NCBI GenBank assembly: GCA_000708835.1
Contig: DF236987.1
Span: forward strand, 239,328 to 303,327
Source of the DNA: Klebsormidium nitens
Lineage: Eukaryota > Plantae > Klebsormidiophyceae
DNA length: 64,000 nucleotides
Reading direction: 5' to 3'
Positions within the stretch are counted from its first letter, which is position 1. Each line of letters opens with the position of its first letter. Below the pieces are notes generated by a model. That model was not told the origin of the DNA. It saw only the letters and a program-made list of their open reading frames with translations, and ran no database searches. Below are positions 46,711 to 59,433 of the stretch, piece by piece. The translations under genes and the position numbers were made by a program.

Positions 46711-48394
46711 CTAAGGCGCCGAAGTTGAAAAGGGGAAGACAGGCGACTCTGAAGCCTAAGGGGACAAGTCTCCTAATCATTTTCCTGGGCAGCTCTCTTC
46801 AGACCATGAATCCGAGTCATAATGCACTCGGATTATGTATCAGTAAGTATCAATGCTGCAGCCTGCGCCAGTGCAGGCGCGCCATGATGCACTGAACTGA
46901 ATTCCGACTTTGGAAGAGGGAATTGGCGGGAGAGTTTCAAACTTAGAACTATTAAGATAAATATGTAACATCAAGTGGAAGTGAATGCCAAGCGTTACAA
47001 TTACAGGTTCGATTCGGAAAAGCCCTCAAAAAAATCTGGGGGTCGTTCAAGGCCCATGGTTCCCCATGTCCACCCCCGTGACCACGCCATTCCAAAATGC
47101 CGTCGTTCGTTCGGTCCCCAGGCCTTGCCCCGACGGGCCCCGCTGGACGAACCCCCTGAATATTTTGTCGCCGGCATAAGGATTGGCCAGACCCCCGACG
47201 GTCCCCTGGCGGCACGGGTAATTTACGAGGCTCGAAAATAGCACCGTAGATACCTCGTGAAATTTATCCGGAAATCTGCCGTATGTACTTGGCTCAGTTC
47301 GATCAATTCTGGCACTGATGTGCCAGATGGGCCATGACGCCATCTTAAACAAATGATCAGGCCCCTTGGAGATCTGGTAGGGTAGTCAGCCTGGCGCGTT
47401 CGAACCTCAAACATCAATTCCCATGTATGCCATGGAAGCCTAATATGGCCCATGTGGATACGGCGTTTTGAAATCAGAGAACATCATACATGGGCTGCGA
47501 CGCACATGGCATGATCAAGTACGTACGATACCGGCGCCATGTGTGCATCATTCATGCATACCGCCCATGGCATCTGCATGCATGCGATCAGTGCCGCGGC
47601 GACGCGCGAATATATATGTCTCACTCATGCTAGATACATCGACTTAGTATATCCTGCATCATGCAGTCTGCACATGGTGGCGGCCGGCAAATTGCCATGC
47701 ATGCTGATGGCAACGACGGTCCAACTACTTATATACAGGTGCATACGGCAATGATGCCATGATTGCGTGCGGCCGGCTAGGCTGACCATGAGGGACGATC
47801 ATGATTCGCTTGCAGCGTTTTCCTGTATCATAGTATCCGACAAAGTTGATTAAGCACTGTCAGTGTGGTGTACAAGACGCGTTGCATCATGCGTGAGCTA
47901 CTTATATATGTAAGCGCCTGGCTCGAAGACTTGCCAATCAATCAGTAACTTGGACCAAGCTAGCGGCAGGCTCAGTGCAATCTAGGCATTCACTCATAGT
48001 TAGAACCAGGTTTCGTCTCAAGTTGGTCGCTTCGAGGATCATACTGGGAAGTCCATTGCCTAGGCCAACTTGAATCCAAATCGAAGAGCTCCAAGTTCGA
48101 TGTACGGGTTCTCGGTCCACTGCTTTGAATGAACTAGTCACATGCTTCCAACACAGCAATCCTCAAAGGCCACAAGAAGCCGCAGGTCAACCTTTCTCGT
48201 GGACCAATCACCTGCTTATATTCTCCATCCAGTGAGATACAGTTGCACTCTTCTATCGTTGCACAAACTTCAAACGAACAGGGAGTCCCTAAAAGAAGAT
48301 AAACGACAGCCAAGCCTCACCGAAATCTTTGGAGCGGCACGTATCTAAAAAGCAAATGACCAACATTGTCGTACCTACACATCTGCCTCAAAGG

Positions 48395-51300
48395 TCACCT
48401 CCCAATTTTCCGACCGTCTCCGACGCCAACAACAGTCCCACCACCGCCGCTCCCTTCTCCGTCAACGTCCTCGGCCTCCTCCTGCTCTAATTGGACAACC
48501 TTCTCTTTTATCGCCGTTCCTAGTTTGGAGCTCTCCAACGCATCTTTCGCCGCCCCCGCCTCGTCGCTCAGCAACGACTTGGCATCGCTCACTTTTTTGC
48601 GCAGCTGACTCTGCTGCTCATCCATTCCGGCGCCCTCGGTGTCCGCCAGGCCGACCTGAACGGCGCCATCTACATAACCGATAGCAGGAAAGTTGGTTAA
48701 CTCTGGCGGTCAACGGTTGGTTAACCGTGGCGGTTAACGGCTGGTTAAAGCTCGCAGGAGAAGGTGCCTTCCCGAACCGGTACGACTGACAGGCCCGCCT
48801 GAACAGCGCCATCTACGTAACCGACAGCGAGAAATTGGTATAAAGTGGGGGTCAGTGGTTGATGGAAATGGGCGGTTAGCGGCTGGTTATATTCGCAGTT
48901 AAAGTTGCCTCCGCGAACCAGCACGACGGCTAGGCCAACCTGAACAGCGCCATCTGCCCAGCCAACAGCGGAGGTGTTAGAAACGGTATTCAACATGACG
49001 GTTAACGGTCGGCTGCAGTGGGGGTTGACAGCTGGTCAAAAGCTTGCAATTACAATTGCAATGAAAAAGCAGCACAACTGCCAACCAGCGAAACAGCGCC
49101 CACGCAAACCACGGCGAGATGAAATGTGAAGTTCGTTGACATTGACGGTCAATACTTGGCTCACTCTCGTGATGAAAACTCTGTGAATCTGCATACACCA
49201 AAAACGAGTGCGAGGCAAGGCGGCTGTTGGATCTGACGAGCGCCCTCCGCAAAGCACAGTAGAAACGATCAAAGATAGTTGCTCCCAGTCCCAGCCATTT
49301 CAGACCGATAATGTGGCACAGCATAGGAGTTGAACATAGCATGAAGGCAAGGATCCTGAAGGAAAGCATTGCGCCAAGCAGCAAGGTGAGGGGAGATCCA
49401 TATCGTCCAAAGAGCTCTGGTAGCCGGTGCGGATGTTGTCCTTTTCTCGTGGAAAAGATCGCAAAAGGACTCTGCCTGTTTCGATCGACTCATAGCCTTC
49501 TCACAAACAGACAAAGAGTTACACGAAAGCAACGTTTCCTATATCGCCAGGTTTCAATCACCGATGCAAAGCGACGCAGCCCGCGTTTGAACAATTGCAC
49601 GAACCCAGTGCCTATTACACAGACAAAAACCCATAAGAATCGAGTGTATCGAAGGTAATCAAACATTTCCAAAACGACTAGCTGATCAATCGACGATTCC
49701 AGAAGCCTAATATGCGCTGGAGGCCGAAGCTGAGGTCGTTAAGACGGCGCAAAGCTCCCAAACCGGTGGCACTCCACAAGAAGATTATGATTCCTGCCAC
49801 GTTACAATCTACGTGCAGAGGATCGGTAAGCCTCCTGTCCTAAACCCCCTTGTCGGCAAGATCGAAAGACAACGCGCCTCTGTGCCAAAAATCATGTGCA
49901 GAGGATCGGTAAGCCTCCTGTCCTAAACCCCCTTGTCGGCAAGATCGAAAGACAACGCGCCTCTGTGCCAAAAATCATGCATCTCCGATTTCAGAAAGAG
50001 TTAGATAGCCTGTCACTAAACGGCTCAACGCACCCATGAAACCGTTGCAAATCATATGCGCTTCCACTTCCTGATACGCTCAAGATTCCGCGCAGAAAGT
50101 CCTGCAAGCTCCTGTCGTGTCTCCTCTTGTTCAGAACATCAAAAGACAAGGCGCCCCCATGACGGACCGTCTGCCCAGTTTCAACAAGGAAAACTGTTCT
50201 GCCGAGAAACTCGAATCTGATCACAAACGAGCGATTAGACTTCCTTAAGAACGTCGGTTAGGAAGGAAAAAAGCAGAGCAAGGATGTCCGAAACAACCGT
50301 GAGATCGAGGGTGGTTGCTGCAAGGCCGGTGAATGGAGGAAATACTTGGCGTTGAAAAGCAACTCACCAGCAGCATCTCCGTTCCCCGCCTCTTTCACCG
50401 CCTCAATTGCTTCGCGCAAAGCACTTTCAGACACGTCGGCAACCCCCTCATCCCCCCCCTTGCGCGAGCCTGTTCCCTTGCCCCCCTGCTCGAACGACGA
50501 CCGATCGAACCAGTGCAGACCTGGAAACGACTCTGCAGAGGCAGTGGACAAAAGTTGTTAGACAGCGAATCTAAATCTTTCTTGGGCTGCTTCTATTCAA
50601 AAGCTTGATTGAAAAACAACAGTTTGAGAAAGAGAGAGGAGGCATGATAAAAGGAAGGAAAGTTGGACACCTGCAAAAGTAACCGTATGGATCCTTTAAA
50701 GCAATTCTGCCTGCTAATGCATCCAACGTTCTTGTGAAAGACTCTGACTCTAGCGGCAAACTCGACACCAAGCATAACGTACGACAGTGAATCACTTTCC
50801 GTGTTCACATAATAATCGCATCTCGTGAACTCAACCCCGGCTTCTTCATGGGAAGTGTCCGAGGCTTCTACATCGAAACCAGAAAGTTACATACCATCTT
50901 CAATTCGGACGATGAAAGAGAACAGATTTTAATACGAGCTTACCGTTCCCCTCCCTCCACCGCGAGATGCTAAACGGCCGAGTCTGTCTCCGAAGGTACA
51001 GGTACCCCCCCAACAGCAGAAGCAACAAAACGCTTGCTTGGATGCAGAAGCGCAGCTTGCCCCGAGGCCCCTTCCGGGGGTTCTCGGTCCTGCGGCGTCT
51101 CAGGGACTGCATCTCATCCTGAAGGTTACGAGCCTCTCCTTTGTTCTGCAAGCAGGATCAGAAGCTTGTTGCCTTTTCTTCTCCTTTCTGGATTCCTTCC
51201 AGAATCATTGAGTGGCTATCCCTTTGCCTCTCTCCTTCATTCTACGAGCCGGGGTCAAAGAGGCGTTCACTTTTCTCAGAGCTCAACTGAAAAGGTTACC

Positions 51301-52189
51301 CTTCTTGAACAGTGTCAAAACATTTGCGGGCGCCATCAGTGTGGCGAGGACCTCATACAATTTGCTAGTCAGTTATAGTGGTGACGGTACCTTCTCTCGA
51401 TCTTCAATCAAGAAGACTTGCTGATTTTACTTAGCGGTCACTGGCGTGTCCTCTCGTGCAGGGAGTCAAGATCAACATTTTTAAGTAACTAGTGGGCGTG
51501 GCTAAGCATTTGGGGTGGTCAAAGAAAAGTCCTCTGATTGTGTTCAGTTGCGAAGTTGGTTAGTGTCCTTCTGGAAGAACAGCGAGGCAAGATCCAATCA
51601 AGCGCTATGTTACAATGACCCTTTCACACAAACCCTGTTTGCGAAACCAAAGGGCACACACAAGGTCTTGCATAACACTTTTGCTCTAATCACCACGATT
51701 CTCCATCATTGCTCTGTAGCCGGCGGGAGCGCTCTCCTGACGGCTCACCCAGAAAACAAGGCAAAGGGCTTCAGAAATATTATGGTTAGAGGCACAACTA
51801 GAAGCTTGCAAACGTGAATAGGGCAACTTTAGAAGCTGCCAGGCTATTTACTGAGCCATCAAATTTAAGCAGCGCGAATGCAGCAGAAATGGACTTCAAA
51901 TTCTGTTTCAACCACCAGCTTTTACAGATCGACATGTTCACCAACTCTCTGATTAGCGGAATATACGTACATCCAATCAATTAAAGACACAGAAACAGCC
52001 TGTACAACCAGATTAGCTCACCGAGACAACCACCTTATCCTTCACGCGTCTCGTCGTCCTTCCGCTTGCGTCTGTCAGAATTTCCTGCTCCACCGCACCC
52101 AGCTTGTCCGATAAACCCTGGAGCAAGGCAAGAACGCGCTCGTCCTCTCCATCAGCAGGCGGCGGCCCGCCTTCCTTTGCAGTGGACAT
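48395..52189 (-). CDS. Unknown single-pass (type II-like) membrane protein with coiled-coil segments, about 269 aa
   Basis: Exons 52189-52022, 51145-50944, 50532-50368 and 48669-48395 are phase-compatible and total 810 nt. A basic stretch RRRRTENPRKGPRGKLR precedes the hydrophobic FCIQASVLLLLLLGGYLYL. Additional exons cannot be excluded. Confidence 0.7.
48630..49140 (-). repeat. Four tandem copies of the last-exon acceptor plus exon head (real 48669; pseudo 48812, 48953, about 49102)
   Basis: gtag|atggcgccgttcaggtcggcctg, gtag|atggcgctgttcaggcgggcctg, gcag|atggcgctgttcaggttggccta and a degenerate gtgggcgctgttt. Spacings are 143, 141 and about 149 bp. Confidence 0.92.
49813..49979. repeat. 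Perfect 83-bp tandem duplication in an intron
   Basis: gtgcagaggatcggtaagcc...gtgccaaaaatcat occurs at 49813 and 49896 with no mismatch. Confidence 0.97.
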
Positions 52190-53678
52190 CGAAATCCCAA
52201 ACAGTACACGCGTCTGTCCACCGATGCTTCTGTATCGCAGCAGATTTAGTATGGCTGTGTCAGTACGTACGAGCGTGAAGGAGAGAACGTGTGCAATACA
52301 CGCATCCAATGGCAATAGAGAAAACCTGTCCAAGCTACGAGAGGGACTAAGGGGCGCCCTGGGCTTAGCACTCGTCCTAGGAAATTTGCCCCTTTTCTCT
52401 GACCTGAAGACTTCGAAGTGCAAATTCTGTGTCCCAAGTGTACAGCCTGCAGGGTGGAGTGTTCTATGACTTCGATGTGCCCAGCTAAAGTGCAGTCCGA
52501 GAAGACTGCTTCAAAAGCGGTGCCAATCTTGCTGGGTTAAATATCCCTGGTATTTATTGACACTGCATGTATCCACCTGCCCGGAAGAGGATGTGCAATC
52601 AACATTCACATTTTGCCAAGAGCTTGCAAAGTTGCATGAAGCTGTGGCCCCGCTGTGGCGCTCTGCTTGCTTTCCCAGTTGCTGTTCATGTCAGCCCCAC
52701 GAGCGCAGCATTACATTTCATTTTCATGCCTCAGCAGCAAGGGCGTTCACCACGGTCTAGCTCAAAGGTACATCGCCAGGAAAGTCCTGCATCATCGTGC
52801 TTCCACGGCCCTGGCCTTAAAACTTGCCCCCTCCCAGCTGGATTGTGTGGTAGAATGCTGAGATGAGAAATTTCTTGGACTATTTGTGGTCTGATTTCTC
52901 TTTGGCTGGTGCTCCGAAGAACACGTTCCCATTGTCTTCATCAGGGGAGAGTGGGTGACATAGCTGCAACTCGGTTTAAGAGCGGCGAGACTGATGCATT
53001 TCTGATCCCGGAGAGCTTCTCAGGAGGGAAGTTTGATATAGACAGGAATTCACTGCCCAAGGGTGTGACACAAGTGCCCAAGTAAGCTTGACAACCAAAG
53101 AGTAAGTGACTCCAGATTGGTCAACAAGAAAAAGCTTAGTTTCTGCTTGTTCTGTAGCTTAGAGGCCTCTGGTACTTTCATATAATGCCCCTGTGGGAAA
53201 CTGGGCAAGTGATTCTGATTGGTTTTGTGGGGCTCAAGCTCCTTGACAAGCCTGAGCCCACAAGGTCCGACAGCGTAAGGCTTGTCAGAGTTGAGCTCAG
53301 TGGAGCCAGTGGCAGGTTCCACCACTTCTTGCAACTGGTCTCAATGAACCAACTCTGCCGACTGGTTGTCGTTTCTTGTGAAAGCGTACACGATTCGCTG
53401 GTTAAGATCAGGTCATTCATTGTCGCCTTTACTCTCAGTTCCTTGTCCTCTTTGTTTCTGAGACGGAGTTGAACTGGAGTGGAATTGGCGGCAAAACTCA
53501 CCGGACAAATCTCCCCCAGTCTCCTGTCCTCTCTGTTTCTTGTGATGAGACACACTGGACTGAAAGCGGCAGCAAAACATTGTTGGAAGACTCACGCCCC
53601 TGCGTCTGACCCGGAACGTTCGCGGGATGCAATCCTCCAGCGACTCTAACCATAATTGAGCTTGATGCGTGACAGGAC

Positions 53679-54518
53679 ATGTCTGAACCCACGACCAGCG
53701 GCAGGGATGAGGAACCCCCACGCTCGAGGCTGACTTGCACCAATCGCTTCGACGCACTCTGGTTCTGTTACTGTGAGGCCGCTTTGGCATTTGAAGCCCC
53801 GGCCCTTCGTCGAGGCATTTCGAAAGAGTCTGACTGTATTTCACAAGTGCAAGCTGGCCTTTGTAGATATATTGACAAGTTCTGGCAGTGCTGACTATGC
53901 AAATGTCAAAGATTCTTGCTGCTGAAGACTTCCGTTGGTGTGTACTCATTTGCCTGTGCTCCCATCCACCTTCTTACGATGTGATGCTCTATTAGTCATG
54001 GTGGAAGAGAAACCCTGACAGGCTTTACGGAGTTTATCGCTGTGTGCCCCTCTGCAGCCCCCGTGTATCAAATGACAGTGTATTACCAAGATGGGGTCGT
54101 TGACAGTTGCACGAAGAAATGGAGCGAGCTCTATGATTGCTTGAAACTGAAAACAAAAACTAGAGTTGAGCAAGAGGTAAGTGCTCCATCAAGACTCAAT
54201 TGTTGTTGCTCTTTGCATGATCTGTCCAGGTCGGTTGTTGCATTTAGGACTGGAGCTTCCTGCCATGATGACCAGGTATGCTTGGAATATGCATCGTTCA
54301 GCTCGGGGACTTACGGTCCTCTGATCACAATCTCCTGACAGGCCATCCTTGAAGCCCAAGAGAAGGACAAAGAACCACTGTTCTGGACTTACAAAAGTAA
54401 AGAAGAGGCACAGAAAGACTGGAGGGAGCGTTTTGGTCACCTTCGAGATGGTAGTGTGTTAGGGCAGTCAGATCTTGGGAATGCTTCAAGGCTTGGTTCG
54501 TCGTCAAGTTGCATTTAG
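53679..54518 (+). CDS. DUF3128 / Emi1 / C22orf39-like small protein
   Basis: Exons 53679-53772, 54058-54176 and 54342-54518. Translation CTNRFDALWFCYSPVYQMTVYYQDGVVDSCTKKWSELYDCLKLK...FWTYKSKEEA matches the family pattern as I recall it. Confidence 0.82.
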
Positions 54519-55961
54519 TGTTCATCTTCTGGCAATAAGTTGCGTCAAGATGACATGCTAGTCTGTAGAGATTGACCTAATAGATTGTACCCTATCTGCC
54601 GTTGGGCGTGGGCGAAGTAGGTAAACTTTCTGCAAAGTAGGTAAACTTTCTGCTTCTGCGTCAATGAAGCATTGACGTCACGGAAGCTTGGACTTAAGGT
54701 GCGTTTTCACGTTCTTTGTGGATGTCCTCACCTTGCACAGTCCACGCCGAGCAATGGCATGGCGAACATGGCATTGCTGATTGATTGACGCCCTTATACA
54801 GCATTTATTGGCCATGGAGCATGGTTCATAAAGCAAGCTTGAAAGCCCAATCGTGGTTTTTGATCGACTCTGGCTACCCTGCTTATCATTGCAGATCTGC
54901 TGCAGTAAGGCATGCAACCCCCCCGGCGGCAGCTATAGTTCTGCATGGTTTAGCTAGCGTTTGTGTTGCAGGGCAAATATGTCACTTCTTTTTAAGCACA
55001 TCAGTGGCCCAGCCATGGAACTTCTCAGCAGAATCGTTTGCAAACAAAGTTCGAATTCAAATCGAAGTCTGTGTAGGTGAGTCGGCGTTGGTACTTATTA
55101 TCGAAGGTATTATGCATCGCACTGAGCTTTGGTCTTGATGGTCTGGAATGACGTAGCCAAACAAGCCATAGGGTTCTCATCACACACAAATGATTGTAAT
55201 GAATGCCCAGTTCTGCACAGAACTGTGCTTCATACTGGCTTAGCCTACGCAACAGTTCTAAGAAGGAAACGTTATTGACCACAACCTATATCTTGCTAAC
55301 AGGGATATCGCCACACTACAAAGACATTTTCTGAACCAAACAAACATCTATAAGGCACGAGAAACGCGAAGTAAGATGAGTCGGTTTCTTTTGAAAGGCT
55401 CAGGTACAAATCTGCCAATAGCATGGCACGACCACCATTAGTAGAATCGAGAGGATTGTTTTGCTACTTACGTTAGTGATCTGCACTGTGAGCCCCCTAC
55501 CACCAATCCATGATAAATTACTCACCAAAACCACCCTTTCCGTCCCCATGAGAAAACATCAAGTGCCGATGCTACCGAGCACAGAGCTCGCCAAGATGCC
55601 ACTACCGGTACTACCTAACCGTCTCTATTTAACAAATTACCTTCCGGTGGCCGCACCTGTATATCGTTGGCCTAATCTCTAGGATCATCGTATTGGTACA
55701 CCTTCAGAACCTCTAGATGACACAACACTCTTGGGCATGCAATGCAACAAGAGTGCTATGTCATACAAATGAATCGCAACTACGCTCCGCCTCTACTAAC
55801 TACCTACCCGTTGTTCACATCTACAATCTTCCTCCGGAAACCATCATACAAGACAGCGTTGATAACCTAATCCAGCCGTGTTTGGAGCGCCCATATGTAT
55901 GCAACTTGCGCGATCATTGCAGTCTGTACAGTAGCCACTCAGCCCACCGCTCAAATTGGTT

Positions 55962-57966
55962 CTACCGCAAGCGAGTCCACTCAAAGCGTCCAGGCAAGGG
56001 AGACTCGTTCTCAAGATCAAAATTGTACCTGCAAAGGAACGAGTGGAGTTCTTCGAGACAAGCACAGAAGAGCTTGCATAGGGAGCGAAAACAACGAGAG
56101 TGCACGTCAAGCATGTTGCGAGGCCAAGGAACAACAAACTCGTCTCAAAGCAAAGTAGTGCCAACTCAGACCATCATACACTGAAGTCAGACGTTGCACC
56201 TTCTGTTTGACATTCACCAAAGGCAAAGGCAACACAAGCTGAAGTGTGCTCACTTCTCCTCAAAGCTCTTCTGCACGCTGCTTTCCGCCTCTGCGAAGAA
56301 GTTTTCCAGCTCCTCAGTGGTTGGGGGGTCAAACAGCCGCCTCCGGACTCTCGCTCGCCCACTGCTCTCTGCCTGTTGCTCGTTTTCGCTAGCAGAGTTG
56401 TGGTTCTGACCCCCACCGCTCCGACATGATCGCAGCTTGGAGTGGCCTGAGCTGTCTGGCTCCCCGCCGTTTACTCCTGCTGCCCCCACTCCTGAGTGCT
56501 CGCCTCGCTCCGCAACCGCTGCTGCCCCTCGAGCAGATTCGTGGTGCTGCATCTCCCTTTGCGAGCTGCCAAACTGGATTGCTGCTTCAGCATGAGAAGT
56601 CTGCGCCTGCAGAAAGAAGGTGCTGACTTAGCCAAGTAAAACCAAAACCAGCGGATCAAAACACAAAGTTTTTATTGAGATGCAGCTGAGAAACCGATAT
56701 GTGTCTTCTGTGCGCAGATTCTATTTCATCTAGGACACCGCTGTCCAGTCTCTGCTTAGCTGGCGGGAGCTCATTCATTCATGTACTTGCTATTGGTGTA
56801 GCCAATCGACAGGTCTGCTTTAACAGGTCTGCTTTATCCTCATCAACCAATGTATCTACGAATGATTGAGGTAAGCTGGAGGTCGAACAATAGCCTCTAC
56901 AAACCACACCAACTTTGTTGTCCTCATCGTCCCTGCTCCAGCATACTTTCAAGAGCGTCATCAGATGAAGATATACTACATCAGGAAAGTAGGTACAAGG
57001 TTGAGTTGAACAAGTGAAGTAACATACGCTTTGACCATAATAGACCAGATTGACCAAGATGCAAACCATGGCAAGAATGGGGAATAAGTGCAGAGCCTTG
57101 CAACAGAGGAGAACAACTCTCAGCAATGTGCAAACATGATAAGCCAGCAGCAAAGTCCTTTGCATGACATGGAAAAAGGCTGAGCTTTGCTTTCAACAAC
57201 CAGAATGATGTGGTAAGAGGGTAAAACACGAAACCTATCAACGACCATCTTCAACTCAAAGCTGGAAAAGGTGGTAATATCAGGTAATCTGCGAAACCGA
57301 GGGTAAATGAGCACCTACCCAGTTCTCATGCCTCGCATGCTGCTGATCCTCGCCCAATGGTTGCCCCTGGCCCAAACCCGATTCCTCCTGGTTGTTTGGC
57401 CCTGATAGCTGGTCAACGTGCATAGGGAGTGGGATTGCTGCTGCTGGGGTGCTCAAGGGAACTCCTGCATCCATCCCAGGATCACCCCCAGGTGACAAAG
57501 AAGTCCGCCCCACCCTATCCTCATCCACCTTGCAACTTCCCGCGGCCGTGGCAACGCTCCCCAACTGACCGCAGCTCGGCTTGCTCTGCAAATGGCCCCC
57601 ATCCAGCCTCAACTGCACAACTATGGTCCGCCCCCGCAACTCTTTCTCTAACTTGAGAACGGGCCCCACTCGCATGACAGCACCCGGCTTCTCATTCCCT
57701 TTCTTGGTCCCATAAGGCTGCACCCTGCGAACAGCAAGGTGGCCCTCGTCATGCCTCCTAGCCTTCCTGCTGCTGCTCTGCTCCTCACTTCCTTGAATCC
57801 TCTTCAGGCTGTTGAGGCTCCTCAAGATTGTGGTCGCCCTTAACGACATCTGCTCAGCAGCAACCTTTGCTCTGGTCTTCATTCCGACAGCGGGAAACAC
57901 CCCAAAGCTGTTGATGTCAACCTCTCCAGACGGCCACTTTGGCCGCCTACTCATGCATCGGCCCAT
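55962..57966 (-). CDS. KRP: ICK/KRP cyclin-dependent kinase inhibitor
   Basis: Exons 57966-57319, 56606-56254 and 56028-55962. C-terminal CDI motif PTTEELENFFAEAESSVQKSFEEKYNFDLENESPLPGRFEW. KRP-like N-terminal motifs MGRCMSRRPK, GMKTRAK and KELRGRTI. Confidence 0.93.
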
Positions 57967-58930
57967 CAACTGGGACTCAAGGAGAAGCATATGGCTGCCT
58001 GGAATCCCCTTCTAAGCTGGTAACCGATCAGCTAATCACGTGTCTAACTCACTCGAGACGCCTGAGACCGCTTCTCCAGCAATTACCCAGCCAGCAGTGG
58101 CTTGCGAGGTCCTTATTACTTGCCTTGGCCAGCGCATCCTCTCTTCACCCTCCAAACACAAAACTCCCATATGCCAAACCCCTGGTACGCACTGGCATTC
58201 CCTCTCCCCAAACTTGCAGTTGAAAACGCCCTCGCGTAGCAACTCTGGTTCGCAAGTTGGTGGAGGAAAGGACCGACCCGTTTGAACTTCCGCTCCAGAC
58301 CACTTGTGCTTGCTGGAGCGCTCCCAAAAGCTCCCTCAAATCACCACATGTGCTGCAGGAAGAGCATGCACAGCAATAAGATATCTTGCGAAATTGGCTG
58401 TTGCAAAGCTGTTGCGACGCTGGGTACCATTACTAGAAGGTGTTTACGGTACGTACCTGCGTCACGATGACGGCATGTGAAGCCGCGTTTTTTACTCATT
58501 TGCCAGAGCTTGCGGTACCCCCGGTCCTTGGTACCAGAGTACGGTTACGTGTACCCTTGTGGGTACTTCACGAAGCGTGCGGTTTCGTGCTGGCTGCTTT
58601 CTTGGCGGGAGGGGTAAGAAAGGTGTGGTGGATATTTTCGTCTCCAGATTTGCACGATCATCGCTATCGTCGAAAACGCATCCGACGGTCAAAACCTGCT
58701 GCGCTTTTAAAGATTCACTCTGAAAAGCAACAACGATAAGAATCTAGGCTTGTAGCGGGGCGTCCTCGGCGATTGGATTCATCATTCCTGTTCCTCCGTC
58801 GTTCACCGAGCACACAGGTTGCCAGGTCGAGTCCTCAGTGAGTTTGCTCAGAACCACACGGGACCAATCCCCAGTGACTCCACTACCGTACTGCTAATAG
58901 CGATGGAGCATTCTAAAAATGGCATACGAC

Positions 58931-59433
58931 CAGTGTTTCCACTGGGGGCCCACCACCAGCCATTATCGCCCCCAATGGCCGATATCGTCCCCAAATAGGA
59001 GGGGCTTGGGGGCCCAACGGGCCCCCAATGCCCGAGTCGAGGGGGCCCGGCGGGCCTCCAAAGAGCATCGTTGAGGGGCCCTGTTGCCCCCATACTTCAA
59101 TATCAGGGGGCCCAACAGTACGAGTTATTCTAAGCTTATATGTGATTTGCGATGAATACTTTAGTATAAATGTGTAACAATATATTCAATTTTTCTACTA
59201 GAGGGGGGTTCTGCAGTAAGACGGACCCTGAGTACCCCTGCTTATTGAATGGAGCGTTAATTTTGTATCATACCTAGCAGGGGGCAGATTCGCGCAGATT
59301 TTGGGCCCCCAATCAGTGACTCGAAGGGGCCCTTGGGCCTCCGATTGAGAGGCTGAGGGGGCCCACCGGGCCCCCGAATAACGGGCCCAGGGGGCCCGTG
59401 GGCCACCAATTGAGAAAGTTAGCGGAAACACTG
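58931..59433. mobile_element. hAT-type MITE, 503 bp
   Basis: TIRs CAGTGTTTCC (58931) and GGAAACACTG (59424-59433). Perfect 8-bp TSD CATACGAC at 58923-58930 and 59434-59441. Many internal GGGGCCC motifs. Confidence 0.95.

Larger units (their letters stand above)
32426..47259. mobile_element. 14,834-bp TIR-bounded element with CAC termini and a probable 3-bp TSD (CACTA/CMC-like ends), carrying three spliced genes
   Basis: Left end 32426-32464 CACGAGGTATCTACGGTGCTATTTTCGACCCTCGTGAAT matches the reverse complement of the right end 47221-47259 at 37/39, with the first 28 bp identical. AAA immediately flanks both ends. Both subterminal regions are GC-rich. Confidence 0.85.

Noticed and set aside
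53190-53340. Minus-strand peptide ELNSDKPYAVGPCGLRLVKELEPH faintly like LINE reverse transcriptase
   Set aside because: The similarity is too weak, and there are no other RT motifs such as YADD nearby.
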